NCBI GenBank assembly: GCA_963812605.1
Contig: CAWEWF010000014.1
Coordinates: 640,001-704,000 of the forward strand
DNA length: 64,000 nt
Source of the DNA: an uncultured Verrucomicrobiae bacterium
GTDB lineage: Bacteria; Verrucomicrobiota; Verrucomicrobiia; Palsa-1439
Reading direction: 5' to 3'
A program made the translations under genes and the position numbers. The notes under the pieces are model-generated. The model ran no database searches. It was not told the DNA's origin and was given only the letters and a program-made list of their open reading frames with translations. This document shows positions 33,333 to 42,570 of the stretch, piece by piece; position 1 is the stretch's first letter, and every line of letters starts with the position of its first letter.

Positions 33333-35198
33333 TCAGCGGTTGGCGGCGGGCAATTCACCAACGGGTGCTTTCGCTGGCCCCTCGATTGGTTCAAAGCCGA
33401 AACGCAAGTCCTCATCCGGACTCCGATACCTGATTTTGCGATTGGCCAGCCCCATGGCACGCTCGTCGGCGGGCGCGCACGGCAAGTCCGTGGCCCAACA
33501 TTGCTCTTGTTGGCCGACCAACGGCACGCGAACTTTCACCAGTCCTTTTTGCCGCCAGACGAATTCATCGGCCCCCAACACGGGCAGTTTTTCCGGCAAC
33601 AAGAATCTCACAGGATGAGCGATGTAGTTTTTCGCGTTCTCAGCGCCCATCTGCAGCGGGCGCATGAATTGGAACGCAAGCAGCAGCCAAACACTTATGG
33701 CAATCGCGGATTCCTTCCACGTTGCGCGCCGTGAAAGCAAAAGCGCCAGAAAGGCTGCTCCGTACACGAGCAGGCGCAGGATATCCAGACGATTCAGGAA
33801 TTGCCACGGCATGATCAGCCGTTGGCAGAGGCACGCCGCCAGAACGGCGATAAGCCACCAATCTCCCGCGCTAATGATAGCCAGGACCGGCACGACGGTA
33901 AACGCGCCGATAAAAAAACGCGTCACGGGAACTTGTCCACACTGTACCAGTGCAAGCCCGAGCAGCAGTAGCGCAACCACCAGGGAAAGCGTGGCTCGCC
34001 GCTTCTTCAGAAGGACAAATACGGCGGTCAGATTTAGCAACGCGAATGAATAGAGCCACCAATTATCCGTCAAGAATAACCTGGCCGCCTTCTCCTTGAG
34101 GGTGAGTTTCTCCGGAGAGCCGTAACCGAAAAATGGAAATTGTCGGATGTGGTCTTGAACGGCCGCCACTTCGCCTTCTGCCATCGCCCACGACACCGGT
34201 GCGGCGACCTTGAGAGTTGGATAGAGGGGATAACCCGAGGTGATCGTGTTGATCGTCAAAACCGGCAACGCCAGCAGCAGGGCCATTGCGAAAACCAAGG
34301 TGATCTTTTTCCAGGAACCACGGTACCAATAAACAGCCCCCAGAACACCCAGTCCGAGCACGACAATTCCGTTGGCTTTGACGGAGAACGCGGCCGCGCC
34401 GAGAATAACCAGTCCGAGCGGCGCGCCAGTGGTGGAAAGGTCCGCCGGATCCACCAATGCTTCACAGAGGAGGATGTACCATACGAAGGCACAAACCAGG
34501 AGGCATTCCAGGACATCGGGCAAACTCGTCAGCGTGTAGAAGGAAAAGCATGAAACACCCAGCAAGAGGCAAAGCGGCCAGAACAATTGGTCGGGCGCAC
34601 CGCCCTTCCGTAGCCAGGCCCGCGTTTTCGTGAGACCAAAGATCACGCAGACGATGAGAGCGGATAGGTTCGGCAAGCCGACCAACCGCGCTTGCAACGG
34701 ACCCCAGTCGAAGATGCCCGCCAGGGCAAACAACGACGAGGTGAAGCCCAGCCGATGGTGGATGAGAGCCAGCCCCGGAACCGCGCCGTACTCATAGTAC
34801 CAACGCGTCAACTGATAGTGGTAAAGTCCGGTATCGTAATGCGATACCCGCCGTGAACCCGCGGCACCCAGAACGAGCAGCAGGACGACAATCAGCAACA
34901 AGAAACAGGATTTCCAATTTCCTTTTGCCCAGGACCCTGGTGCGGCCCAGCATCGGCAGAACAGCAGTGTCGTGATCGGAAACAGAATGAACAGCAAGGT
35001 TGGCGTGACTTTTTGTAGGGGCACAAAAGCAGTTATTCCCGTCAGCACCACCAGAAGAATCGCAAAGCCCAACCAGAAGCTGCAAAACAGCCGATCCGAA
35101 GTGTCTTTAACACTTAGGCGGAGGACACGAAGTACAAGGTACCCCGCGACAATCGAAAAGCAGATTAACAGTCCGGCACATATACCGAGCACCAACAT
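33333..35198 (-). CDS. Polytopic membrane protein, probable GT-C fold (LIC_10190-like)
   Basis: More than 12 hydrophobic segments; motifs YDTGLYH, PGLALIHHRLGFTSS, SGYPLYP and a terminal CWATDLPC. Family assigned from recall. Confidence 0.6.
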   Translation of the reverse strand: MLVLGICAGLLICFSIVAGYLVLRVLRLSVKDTSDRLFCSFWLGFAILLVVLTGITAFVPLQKVTPTLLFILFPITTLLFCRCWAAPGSWAKGNWKSCFLLLIVVLLLVLGAAGSRRVSHYDTGLYHYQLTRWYYEYGAVPGLALIHHRLGFTSSLFALAGIFDWGPLQARLVGLPNLSALIVCVIFGLTKTRAWLRKGGAPDQLFWPLCLLLGVSCFSFYTLTSLPDVLECLLVCAFVWYILLCEALVDPADLSTTGAPLGLVILGAAAFSVKANGIVVLGLGVLGAVYWYRGSWKKITLVFAMALLLALPVLTINTITSGYPLYPTLKVAAPVSWAMAEGEVAAVQDHIRQFPFFGYGSPEKLTLKEKAARLFLTDNWWLYSFALLNLTAVFVLLKKRRATLSLVVALLLLGLALVQCGQVPVTRFFIGAFTVVPVLAIISAGDWWLIAVLAACLCQRLIMPWQFLNRLDILRLLVYGAAFLALLLSRRATWKESAIAISVWLLLAFQFMRPLQMGAENAKNYIAHPVRFLLPEKLPVLGADEFVWRQKGLVKVRVPLVGQQEQCWATDLPCAPADERAMGLANRKIRYRSPDEDLRFGFEPIEGPAKAPVGELPAANR

Positions 35199-35463
35199 GC
35201 TAGCGTGATATTCTCCCTTCCGAGCGATGGGGTGGTAGCACGATGAACATTTAACATTGGTGTCGACCTGCTGGCAAGTCGCATTGACACCATGGGTTTT
35301 AGGGTACGCGGGCCGACACGGTTGTAGGGCGGCATGCCCCGTTCCCACGGGTGTATCCCGCCGCGCCGTTCCCATATGACACACACTTCACAACGCGGAT
35401 GGCTGGATACCTAAACGACAGGCATCCAGCCCTACAAAAAGCCGGATGAGGGGATCATCTGGA

Positions 35464-36309
35464 CTACCAAGAGTAGTTCTTGCGACCTTCTGCGCCCGGG
35501 ACTTCATGGCTGCCTTTCATGGAATAGCAGTTGCTTTCGTCACGGAGCGCAAAAACGGGGGAAACTGGCGGCGGACCTATCGAGGAGGGAGAAACACTGC
35601 CAGGAGTCCAGCCCGGGGTAATCACCCTGACGGAATTCCGTCCGCCATAAAGCGTTAGCGACTGGCCCTGGACTGCGACCTGTTGTTCCTGCGCATCCTC
35701 TCGCGCTTTCCATTGCGCAAACTTTTTCGTGGCATCCTCCAAGTATCGTCGGCCGGCTTCATCAAAGCGTGCGCAGACGGTTGTTTGTGTCGTTTGATTG
35801 GTAACCGCGAGTTGCGCGGTATAGCTCCCCGCTTCCAGAGTCCTAATGAAACCAACGAGGTGGAGCACCTGAATCACCTCCACATTTGCATTGGACTTCT
35901 GGTCCGCCCGTAGTTGTTCCGCGGCCTGCTCCCTGGCCTGTGTCTTCGCCTGTTCTGCTCGGGCTTCCTGCTGTTTGCGCGCGGCTTCCAACGTGTCCGC
36001 TTCGCGCTTTTGCCTGAGGAGTTCCTGAGCCTGGACTGCCGCCAACTGTTGCGCCCGGTAATTGGCGGCCTTCTGCGGGTCATATCCGAAGCGTGCCTGA
36101 AGTTCGGGCGGGAGTTTTTCCAAAGAGATCGATGCGACGCCTGTCTGGTGGAAGATGGATACCGTCGCCGGCGTGACGGTGCGCCAGGTGACATTTGAGT
36201 ACGTGATCCCGTCAACGGTGATCGTGCTGGGCAGCGTGTTCGTTTCCTCGGCGAAGGAGGCAACAACACCGAAAGCGAAAAGCAGGACCGTTACGCGGAA
36301 GACATTCAT
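35464..36309 (-). CDS. Secreted hypothetical protein with coiled-coil segment
   Basis: Signal peptide MNVFRVTVLLFAFGVVASFA; LPPELQARFGYDPQKA motif; Q/A/E-rich helix. Confidence 0.7.
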   Translation of the reverse strand: MNVFRVTVLLFAFGVVASFAEETNTLPSTITVDGITYSNVTWRTVTPATVSIFHQTGVASISLEKLPPELQARFGYDPQKAANYRAQQLAAVQAQELLRQKREADTLEAARKQQEARAEQAKTQAREQAAEQLRADQKSNANVEVIQVLHLVGFIRTLEAGSYTAQLAVTNQTTQTTVCARFDEAGRRYLEDATKKFAQWKAREDAQEQQVAVQGQSLTLYGGRNSVRVITPGWTPGSVSPSSIGPPPVSPVFALRDESNCYSMKGSHEVPGAEGRKNYSW

Positions 36310-36429
36310 CGCGACTGAAAAGAAGCTAGCACTCTCGTCGGCGCGCGCAAGGCCTTTTCGCCAGTCGCTTTTACCATCGGCGTCTTCTCAATTGTGCCAG
36401 GAGCATCGCTGGCGCACGAATTGTGCAGC

Positions 36430-38064
36430 TCACTTCGTTTTAACAGGCACGGAGATTGGCGCGGGGGCTTCGCGGCTCAACTCTTCGGCGAGTTGGTTGG
36501 CTTTGACGGGATCAATCTTTTTCATCTCGCGGGCGGCTTCGCCGGCTTTGTCGGTCTGGTGAAGCTGCAGGTAGGCCCGAACCAGGCCGCCCCAGGCTTC
36601 GGCGTAGTTGGGTTTCTGCTTGAGCGTTTGCGTGAAAAAAAGAACGGCTTCGTTGTGTTCGCCCTGCTGCTCGGAGACGACGCCGAGATTGAACCACGCG
36701 TCGGGAAGATCGGGCTTGTACTTCAACGCCAGGCGAAAAGCGTTGATCGCTTCCGGGTATTGACCCTGGCTGGCGTACGCCGCGCCGAGCTTAAAATGGG
36801 CGTCGGCATAATCGGGCTTCAGCTCGACCGCCTTTTCGAACGCGCCGACCGCGTCCGCTTGATGCCCCTGCCCCACGTACACGTCGCCCAGCTTGTCCCA
36901 CACCTGGGGATCGCGTGGCGACAGCCTGAGCAATTGCTGGAACACCCCGGCCGCTTCCGGTAGTTTACCCGCCTGGGTGTAGGCCCAGCCGAGGTTGTAC
37001 CACGCATCGATGTAATCCGGCTTCAGCTTGATCGCCTCGTGGAAGGCCGTCGCGGCATCCGGAAAAAAGCCCAGCTTCGCGTAGGCCTCGCCGAGGATAT
37101 ACTGGACCAGCGCGCTGTTGGGATATCGGTCCGCCAGGACCTTGGCGCTCTTGAGCAATTCCGGGTAATTCTTCGCGTCCTCCGCGGCGCCGGCCACCGC
37201 GTAATCCGGATCCGAATACACATACCCCTCCGCGCTACGGCCATATTTTCGCAGCGGTCCGCGCGCGCCAAACGGCCACTGGTCGAACCACCACACCGCG
37301 GCGCTGCACGCCAGCACCGCCAACAAAAGCGCAACGATGCGACCTACCCAGTTTGCCCGGCGAGCCGGCCTCGCCATCTCCTCGCCGCCGGTGGCAAACT
37401 CCGGAATCGCCGTGGGACCCAACTTGACGGGCGCCTCCCAACGCGCCTCCTTGGGAGGCGTGCCCAACAGATTGGTCGGCGTCGGGGTGGCCCTCAGCGC
37501 ATCAGCAAACTCCGGGAACTCCGCGAGTTGTTTCCAGTTCCGGCGCGCCTCGGCCGGCACCCAGGTTTGCTCATTGGCGTAGCCTTGCGAGATCCATTTC
37601 CGCAGTTGCGAGGCATCTACCGGCCCGTAGGTGCGTCCATCGGCGCCCACAATCCGGTATTCCATCTCTTTTGCGGGCGACGGGATCGGTCGCGCTCGCC
37701 CCAGGGGCAACACGGTCTGGCCCGCCGTCTTCCTGGGGTCGGCCACCGCCTGCCCCGGTTCTTCATACCGCATTTCCACCTCGCCAAAGAGCACCACGTC
37801 CCCATGACGCAACTCCGCCCCGGTCAGGCGTTCGCCGTTGACGAAGGTCCCGTTCGTGGAGATCAAGTCGCGAACTTTGTAATGCGTGCCGATGCGAATC
37901 AAGATGGCGTGATGAAGAGAAACCGTGATGTGGTCAAGACAGATGATATTGTCGTCGTCGCGCCCGACGTTGACGCGATCCTGCGTCAATTCGAACACCC
38001 GACCCGACATTGCACCCGAGACAAGATGAAGCTTGCCTATGGCGCTCGTCGCGGAGTCAACCAT
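36430..38064 (-). CDS. FHA + GYF_2-like + TM + TPR protein
   Basis: FHA motifs VGRD, VSLHHA and DLISTNGTFVNG; YRIVGADGRTYGP GYF_2-like domain; one TM helix; about seven TPRs. Confidence 0.85.
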   Translation of the reverse strand: MVDSATSAIGKLHLVSGAMSGRVFELTQDRVNVGRDDDNIICLDHITVSLHHAILIRIGTHYKVRDLISTNGTFVNGERLTGAELRHGDVVLFGEVEMRYEEPGQAVADPRKTAGQTVLPLGRARPIPSPAKEMEYRIVGADGRTYGPVDASQLRKWISQGYANEQTWVPAEARRNWKQLAEFPEFADALRATPTPTNLLGTPPKEARWEAPVKLGPTAIPEFATGGEEMARPARRANWVGRIVALLLAVLACSAAVWWFDQWPFGARGPLRKYGRSAEGYVYSDPDYAVAGAAEDAKNYPELLKSAKVLADRYPNSALVQYILGEAYAKLGFFPDAATAFHEAIKLKPDYIDAWYNLGWAYTQAGKLPEAAGVFQQLLRLSPRDPQVWDKLGDVYVGQGHQADAVGAFEKAVELKPDYADAHFKLGAAYASQGQYPEAINAFRLALKYKPDLPDAWFNLGVVSEQQGEHNEAVLFFTQTLKQKPNYAEAWGGLVRAYLQLHQTDKAGEAAREMKKIDPVKANQLAEELSREAPAPISVPVKTK

Positions 38065-38204
38065 TTCGGCCACCCGTTTCCACAAGGCAGTGTGACTTGA
38101 ACACCATGAATTTGCAAGCCGAGAGCACCGCGACTCGCACGAATTCTCAGCATGCCCAAACTAACGTGACATTGCCCGGCAGGTCTGGCAGGATTCCCCG
38201 CCAG

Positions 38205-39767
38205 ATGATGGAAAACAAGCCAGAGAAGCGAATCCTGGGGGTCAGTTGGAGCTTGCTCGCCATCCTCCTTTTGGGGACAACCCTGCGATTTTTGTACCTG
38301 GGACGACAAAGCGTGTGGATTGACGAAGGGTTTTCCTGGCTCGCGGAACAACTGAGTTTTCGTGGCGTAACCCGTCTGTCCTTGAACGATGTCCATCCGC
38401 CGCTCTACTACTATTTCCTGAAAGCCAGCCTGTGGGTTCTCCCCGACACGGCGGTTGGCATGCGGTTCATAAGCGTTCTTTTTTCCATCGCCACCCTGGC
38501 CGTCATGATGACTTTCGTGTACCAGCGCTGGGGACATCGCACCGCCTGCTATGTCGGATTGCTCGCCGCCTTGTCCCCATTCGACATTTATTACGCGCAA
38601 GAGGCGCGGATGTACACGCTGCTCTCCCTTCTGTTTGTGCTGGCCTTCACGGAACTCGTCAGGGCCCTGGAAGGGAAGCGGGCGCACCTCATCGGGTGGG
38701 TTGTCGCGACGACCGGACTGGCGTGGACCCATGCTTATGGTTTGCTGGCGGCTTTCCTGCAAATCGGGTTCCTAGCCGTTTATTGGGCCTGGCAACGCCT
38801 CCGTGGCCGTCCGTTTCCGTTGCAACCAAAGCCTGTGCTGGCGGCGCTGGCCGCTTCGTTACTAGGTGTCGCACCGATCGTGTTTCTTTTCTATAAAGTA
38901 CGCAACCGGTTGGCCGGCAGTGTCTCGATCCCCAAAGCAAGCTGCCTTCTCACTATCGTTCGCTGCTGGGCCACCGGCCCCCTGACCGCCTTCCCCTCTT
39001 TCAGGATCCCCGGGTGGGAACCGGCGGACAAACCCGCTGGGGAATTGGCAAACGCCTTCATGGCGTTGCGGGTCCCGCTGTGGATGTATATCGTGGCAAC
39101 GATAGTCATGGTCGCTTGCGCCGTGCTGGGAGCCCGTCAATTGTGGCGGCGCGACACGTTCCATCGATGGGTTCTGCTTTTTGTCGCCGGGCTCATCACG
39201 CTTCCGCCGATCCTGGTCTTCGCCTACTCGACTCTTTTCAAACATCCTCTTTGGGTTGATCGCGGTTTTCTTCCCAACGCGCACCTTCTCTACCTGCTTG
39301 CGGGCGTCGGGCTGGGCGCAGTCGGATCGCGGGCGCTGCGCGGCATTGCTGCCATAATTATTGGGTTTTCCGTCGTCACGGCTGAGATCTACTATTACAC
39401 CAAATTCGAGAAGACCCCTGCCGCTGCCGCCTGTCAGGCCCTGCCTCCCTCCACACCCCAACGAGTCATTCTGGTGACCCCGTCATGGATCGACTGCGAG
39501 ATCTATTACTATCTCCGCACGGAGTCCGTGCTTTGGGGCGTTCAAGAACCTCCCCGGCAATTAATGCGCATTACCCGAGCTCCCGAAGAGATGCTGCCAA
39601 TCGACGCGATGACGTGCGATGAAGCCAATCTTCAGGCCGTTTCCGATATTTACGCTTTTGGCGACGCCGACACAATCCGAACGGAACGAAAGCAATGGCC
39701 AAGCTGCCTGCTGGCAAAGAAAACCTGGGTGTTCGAACACTCGCGCTGGCTTCCCATCAACGGGTAG
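38205..39767 (+). CDS. GT39/PMT_2-like GT-C glycosyltransferase, copy A
   Basis: Motifs QSVWIDE, DVHPPLYY and YYAQEARMY; multiple TM helices. Confidence 0.85.
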   Translation: MMENKPEKRILGVSWSLLAILLLGTTLRFLYLGRQSVWIDEGFSWLAEQLSFRGVTRLSLNDVHPPLYYYFLKASLWVLPDTAVGMRFISVLFSIATLAVMMTFVYQRWGHRTACYVGLLAALSPFDIYYAQEARMYTLLSLLFVLAFTELVRALEGKRAHLIGWVVATTGLAWTHAYGLLAAFLQIGFLAVYWAWQRLRGRPFPLQPKPVLAALAASLLGVAPIVFLFYKVRNRLAGSVSIPKASCLLTIVRCWATGPLTAFPSFRIPGWEPADKPAGELANAFMALRVPLWMYIVATIVMVACAVLGARQLWRRDTFHRWVLLFVAGLITLPPILVFAYSTLFKHPLWVDRGFLPNAHLLYLLAGVGLGAVGSRALRGIAAIIIGFSVVTAEIYYYTKFEKTPAAAACQALPPSTPQRVILVTPSWIDCEIYYYLRTESVLWGVQEPPRQLMRITRAPEEMLPIDAMTCDEANLQAVSDIYAFGDADTIRTERKQWPSCLLAKKTWVFEHSRWLPING

Positions 39768-39871
39768 TTCGTAATCGCAACCGATGACCGCACACGGATC
39801 TAGGTGCACGTATCCGGCGATTCATCCGTCAGCCATGATGCACCTCCCTCGTGCTCGGAGGTGAGCGGGTG

Positions 39872-40003
39872 CCGGCTCCTCGTACCGTCTCTCGACCTCG
39901 CCAAACAGCAGAACGTCCCGTTGGTGGAAGATCAGGTCGCGACCCTTGTAGTGCGCGCTTGTCTATGGCGCTCGTCGCGGAGTCAACCATTTCGGCTACC
40001 GGA
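39872..40003 (-). pseudogene. Eroded remnant of the 5' end of the FHA gene
   Basis: Colinear matches to about 37755-37801, 37847-37890 and 38032-38073, with two internal deletions. Confidence 0.75.
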
Positions 40004-40140
40004 TTCCGCAAGGCAGTGTGACCCGAACGCCACGAGTTTGCAACCGAGAGCGGCGCGGCCCGCACAAATTTCCATCGCCCCCCGCTACCCCAAACCAACG
40101 TGACATTATCGGGACGATCTGGCACGATTGGCCCGAACAA

Positions 40141-41640
40141 ATGATGGAGAACAAGCCAGAGAAGCAAATCCTCGGGGTCCGTTGGAGTTTGCTCGCCATC
40201 CTCCTTCTGGGGACAGTCCTGCGATTCCTCTATCTGGGTCGGCAAAGCGTGTGGGTTGATGAAGGGTTTTCATGGCTCGCGCAACAACTGAGCTTCCGTA
40301 GCATAACCCGTCTGTCCTTAAACGATGTTCACCCGCCGCTCTACTACTACTTGCTGAAAGCCAGCCTGTGGGTTCTGCCTGACACGGAGTTTGGCATGCG
40401 GTTCGTGAGCGTTCTTTGCTCCGTCGCCACCCTGGCCGTGATGATGAACTTCGTGTACCGGCGTTGGGGGCATCGCGCCGCCTGCTATGTCGGATTGCTC
40501 GCCGCTTTGTCCCCGTTCGACATTTATTATGCGCAAGAGGCGCGGATGTACACACTGCTCTCCCTGCTGTTTGTGCTGGCCTTTACGGAGCTTGTCAGAG
40601 CGCTGGAAGGGAAGCCGGCGCACCTGATCGGGTGGGCGGCCGCCACGACCGGGCTGGCGTGGACCCACGCGTATGGTTTGCTGGCGGCGTTCCTGCAGAT
40701 CGGGTTTTTCGCGGTCTATTGGACCTGGCAGCGCCTCCGTGGCCGTCCGTTTCCGCTGCAACCAAAACCGGCGCTGGCGGCGCTGGCCGGTGCGTTACTC
40801 GGCGTCGGACCGATTGTGCTTCTTTTCTACATGATTCGCCACCAACACGCCGGCAGTGTCTCGGTTCCCAAGGTGAACTATTTCTTCGCCCTTGTTCGCT
40901 GTTGGGCCACCGGACCGATGTCTGCCTTCCCGGCTTTCGGAATCCCGTGGCGGGCGCACGATGTATCGACGGCGGTCATGGTCGCTTGCGCCGTGCTGGG
41001 AGCCCGTCAACTGTGGCGGCGCGGTGAATTCTATCACTGGGTCCTGTATTTTGCCGTGGCGCTCATCGCGCTTCCGCCGGCCCTGGTCTTCGCCTACTCG
41101 ACCCTTACGAAACATGCCCTCTGGGTCGACCGCGGTTTTCTTCCCAACGCGCACATTCTCTACCTGCTCGCGGGTATCGGGTTGAGCGCTGTCGGATCGC
41201 GTGCGCTTCGTGGGATTGCCGCCGTAGCCATTGGCGTTTCCATCGTCCCAGGCGGGCTCTACTATTACACCAGATTTGAGAAGAGCCTTGCCGCCTCAGC
41301 CTTCCATTCCCTGCCTCCTATCACGCCGCAATGCGTCGTGCTGGTGTGTCCACCATACCGGGACAACGAGGCCTATTACTACCTCCGCGGGCAGACCACG
41401 CTTTGGGCCGTGGAACAGAACTCTCCGTGGCACTTGCTGCACCTCGTGCGGCGTACCGGAGGGGACCACGGGGTAACCGCAGCCACGTGCGACGAAGCGG
41501 AACTCCAGGCCGCTTCCGATATTTACGCTTTTGGCGATGGCGCCGCAATCCGAACGGAACGAAAGCAATGGCCAAGCTGCCTGCTGGCAAAGAAAACCTG
41601 GGTGTTCGAACACTCGCGCTGGCTTCCCATCAACGGGTAG
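40141..41640 (+). CDS. GT39/PMT_2-like GT-C glycosyltransferase, copy B
   Basis: Paralog of copy A with QSVWVDE, DVHPPLYY and YYAQEARMY; identical C-terminus. Confidence 0.85.
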   Translation: MMENKPEKQILGVRWSLLAILLLGTVLRFLYLGRQSVWVDEGFSWLAQQLSFRSITRLSLNDVHPPLYYYLLKASLWVLPDTEFGMRFVSVLCSVATLAVMMNFVYRRWGHRAACYVGLLAALSPFDIYYAQEARMYTLLSLLFVLAFTELVRALEGKPAHLIGWAAATTGLAWTHAYGLLAAFLQIGFFAVYWTWQRLRGRPFPLQPKPALAALAGALLGVGPIVLLFYMIRHQHAGSVSVPKVNYFFALVRCWATGPMSAFPAFGIPWRAHDVSTAVMVACAVLGARQLWRRGEFYHWVLYFAVALIALPPALVFAYSTLTKHALWVDRGFLPNAHILYLLAGIGLSAVGSRALRGIAAVAIGVSIVPGGLYYYTRFEKSLAASAFHSLPPITPQCVVLVCPPYRDNEAYYYLRGQTTLWAVEQNSPWHLLHLVRRTGGDHGVTAATCDEAELQAASDIYAFGDGAAIRTERKQWPSCLLAKKTWVFEHSRWLPING

Positions 41641-41676
41641 TTCGTAATCGCAACCGATGACCACGCGCGGATCCGG

Positions 41677-42526
41677 CTATTTGGGCGTCAGCGAGGAAGC
41701 ATCTCCCCCGTACTCCGAGGGAAGCGGCGGAGCGCGGAGCACCTTGCGGTAAATCCATTTTGCCACGGGATGCAGCGGCCTCAGCCACGGGTAGAAGGGC
41801 GAATAAATGACGCGCAAGCGCACCACCGACAGGAGCATCGCGAGCGACAACCGGAACAATGACCCTGTGACCTTCGACCCCAACTTGTCGGTCCATTCCG
41901 TCGGCGTCTCCAGAATCGTATAACCCTCCCGCTTCAAGCACACGAGCAGGTTCACATCGAAAGCGAGGTCCGCGATGCAGAGTGAAGGACGGACGTGCTC
42001 CACGGCCGCGCGTCGGAGCAATTTGCAGGGGCATTGGGTGTCCTGGATATTCATCCAGAACAACGACTGCACGACCAGGTAAAACACCCGGCTCGTGAAC
42101 CGGCGCAACAGCGGTTGGCTTTGGTGCAGCACGGCCCCCGGCAGCCAACGGGATGCAATCACGCAATCCGCCTGCGGTGAGAGTTCAATCAACCGGCGAA
42201 AGGCCTGTGGCGGGCTGGCGCCATCGGCGTCCACGTACCCAATCAAGTCGGCTTCGGGAGCCAATCGCAGGCCTTCAATCAGGGCCCCACCCTTTCCGAT
42301 GGGCGCCGGGAAATTCAAGGCGCGCACTTCGGGGTACTCGACGGCGACGCGTTGCACGACCGTCAGCGTGTTGTCCTTGCAGCCATTGAGGACCACGACA
42401 ATGCGAAATGCTCCTGCGTACTCCTGGCGGAAGAAGCGCACGTAGTCGCGCAGCATCGGTTCGATCCGCTGTTCCTCATTGTACGCCCGGCACGAGCAGT
42501 AGCACGCTGGGTGTTGGAGAATTCAT
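41677..42526 (-). CDS. GT2, polyprenol/dolichyl-phosphate sugar synthase-like (frameshift near 42487)
   Basis: Motifs AYNEEQRI, GKGGAL, YVDADG, DTQCPCKL and FDVNLL. Confidence 0.82.
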
Positions 42527-42570
42527 ATGCGATTACGAGCGGTAGCAGCCGGCCTGAAGAAAGGGCCGGC

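Noticed and set aside
40119-40136. Sigma54 promoter ahead of GT39 copy B (CTGGCACG)
   Set aside because: The -12 TTGC element is missing at the required spacing in both paralogs.
38032-41662. Diversity-generating retroelement template/variable repeat pair (also considered for 18634-19133)
   Set aside because: No reverse transcriptase is present in the window and the differences are not adenine-specific.
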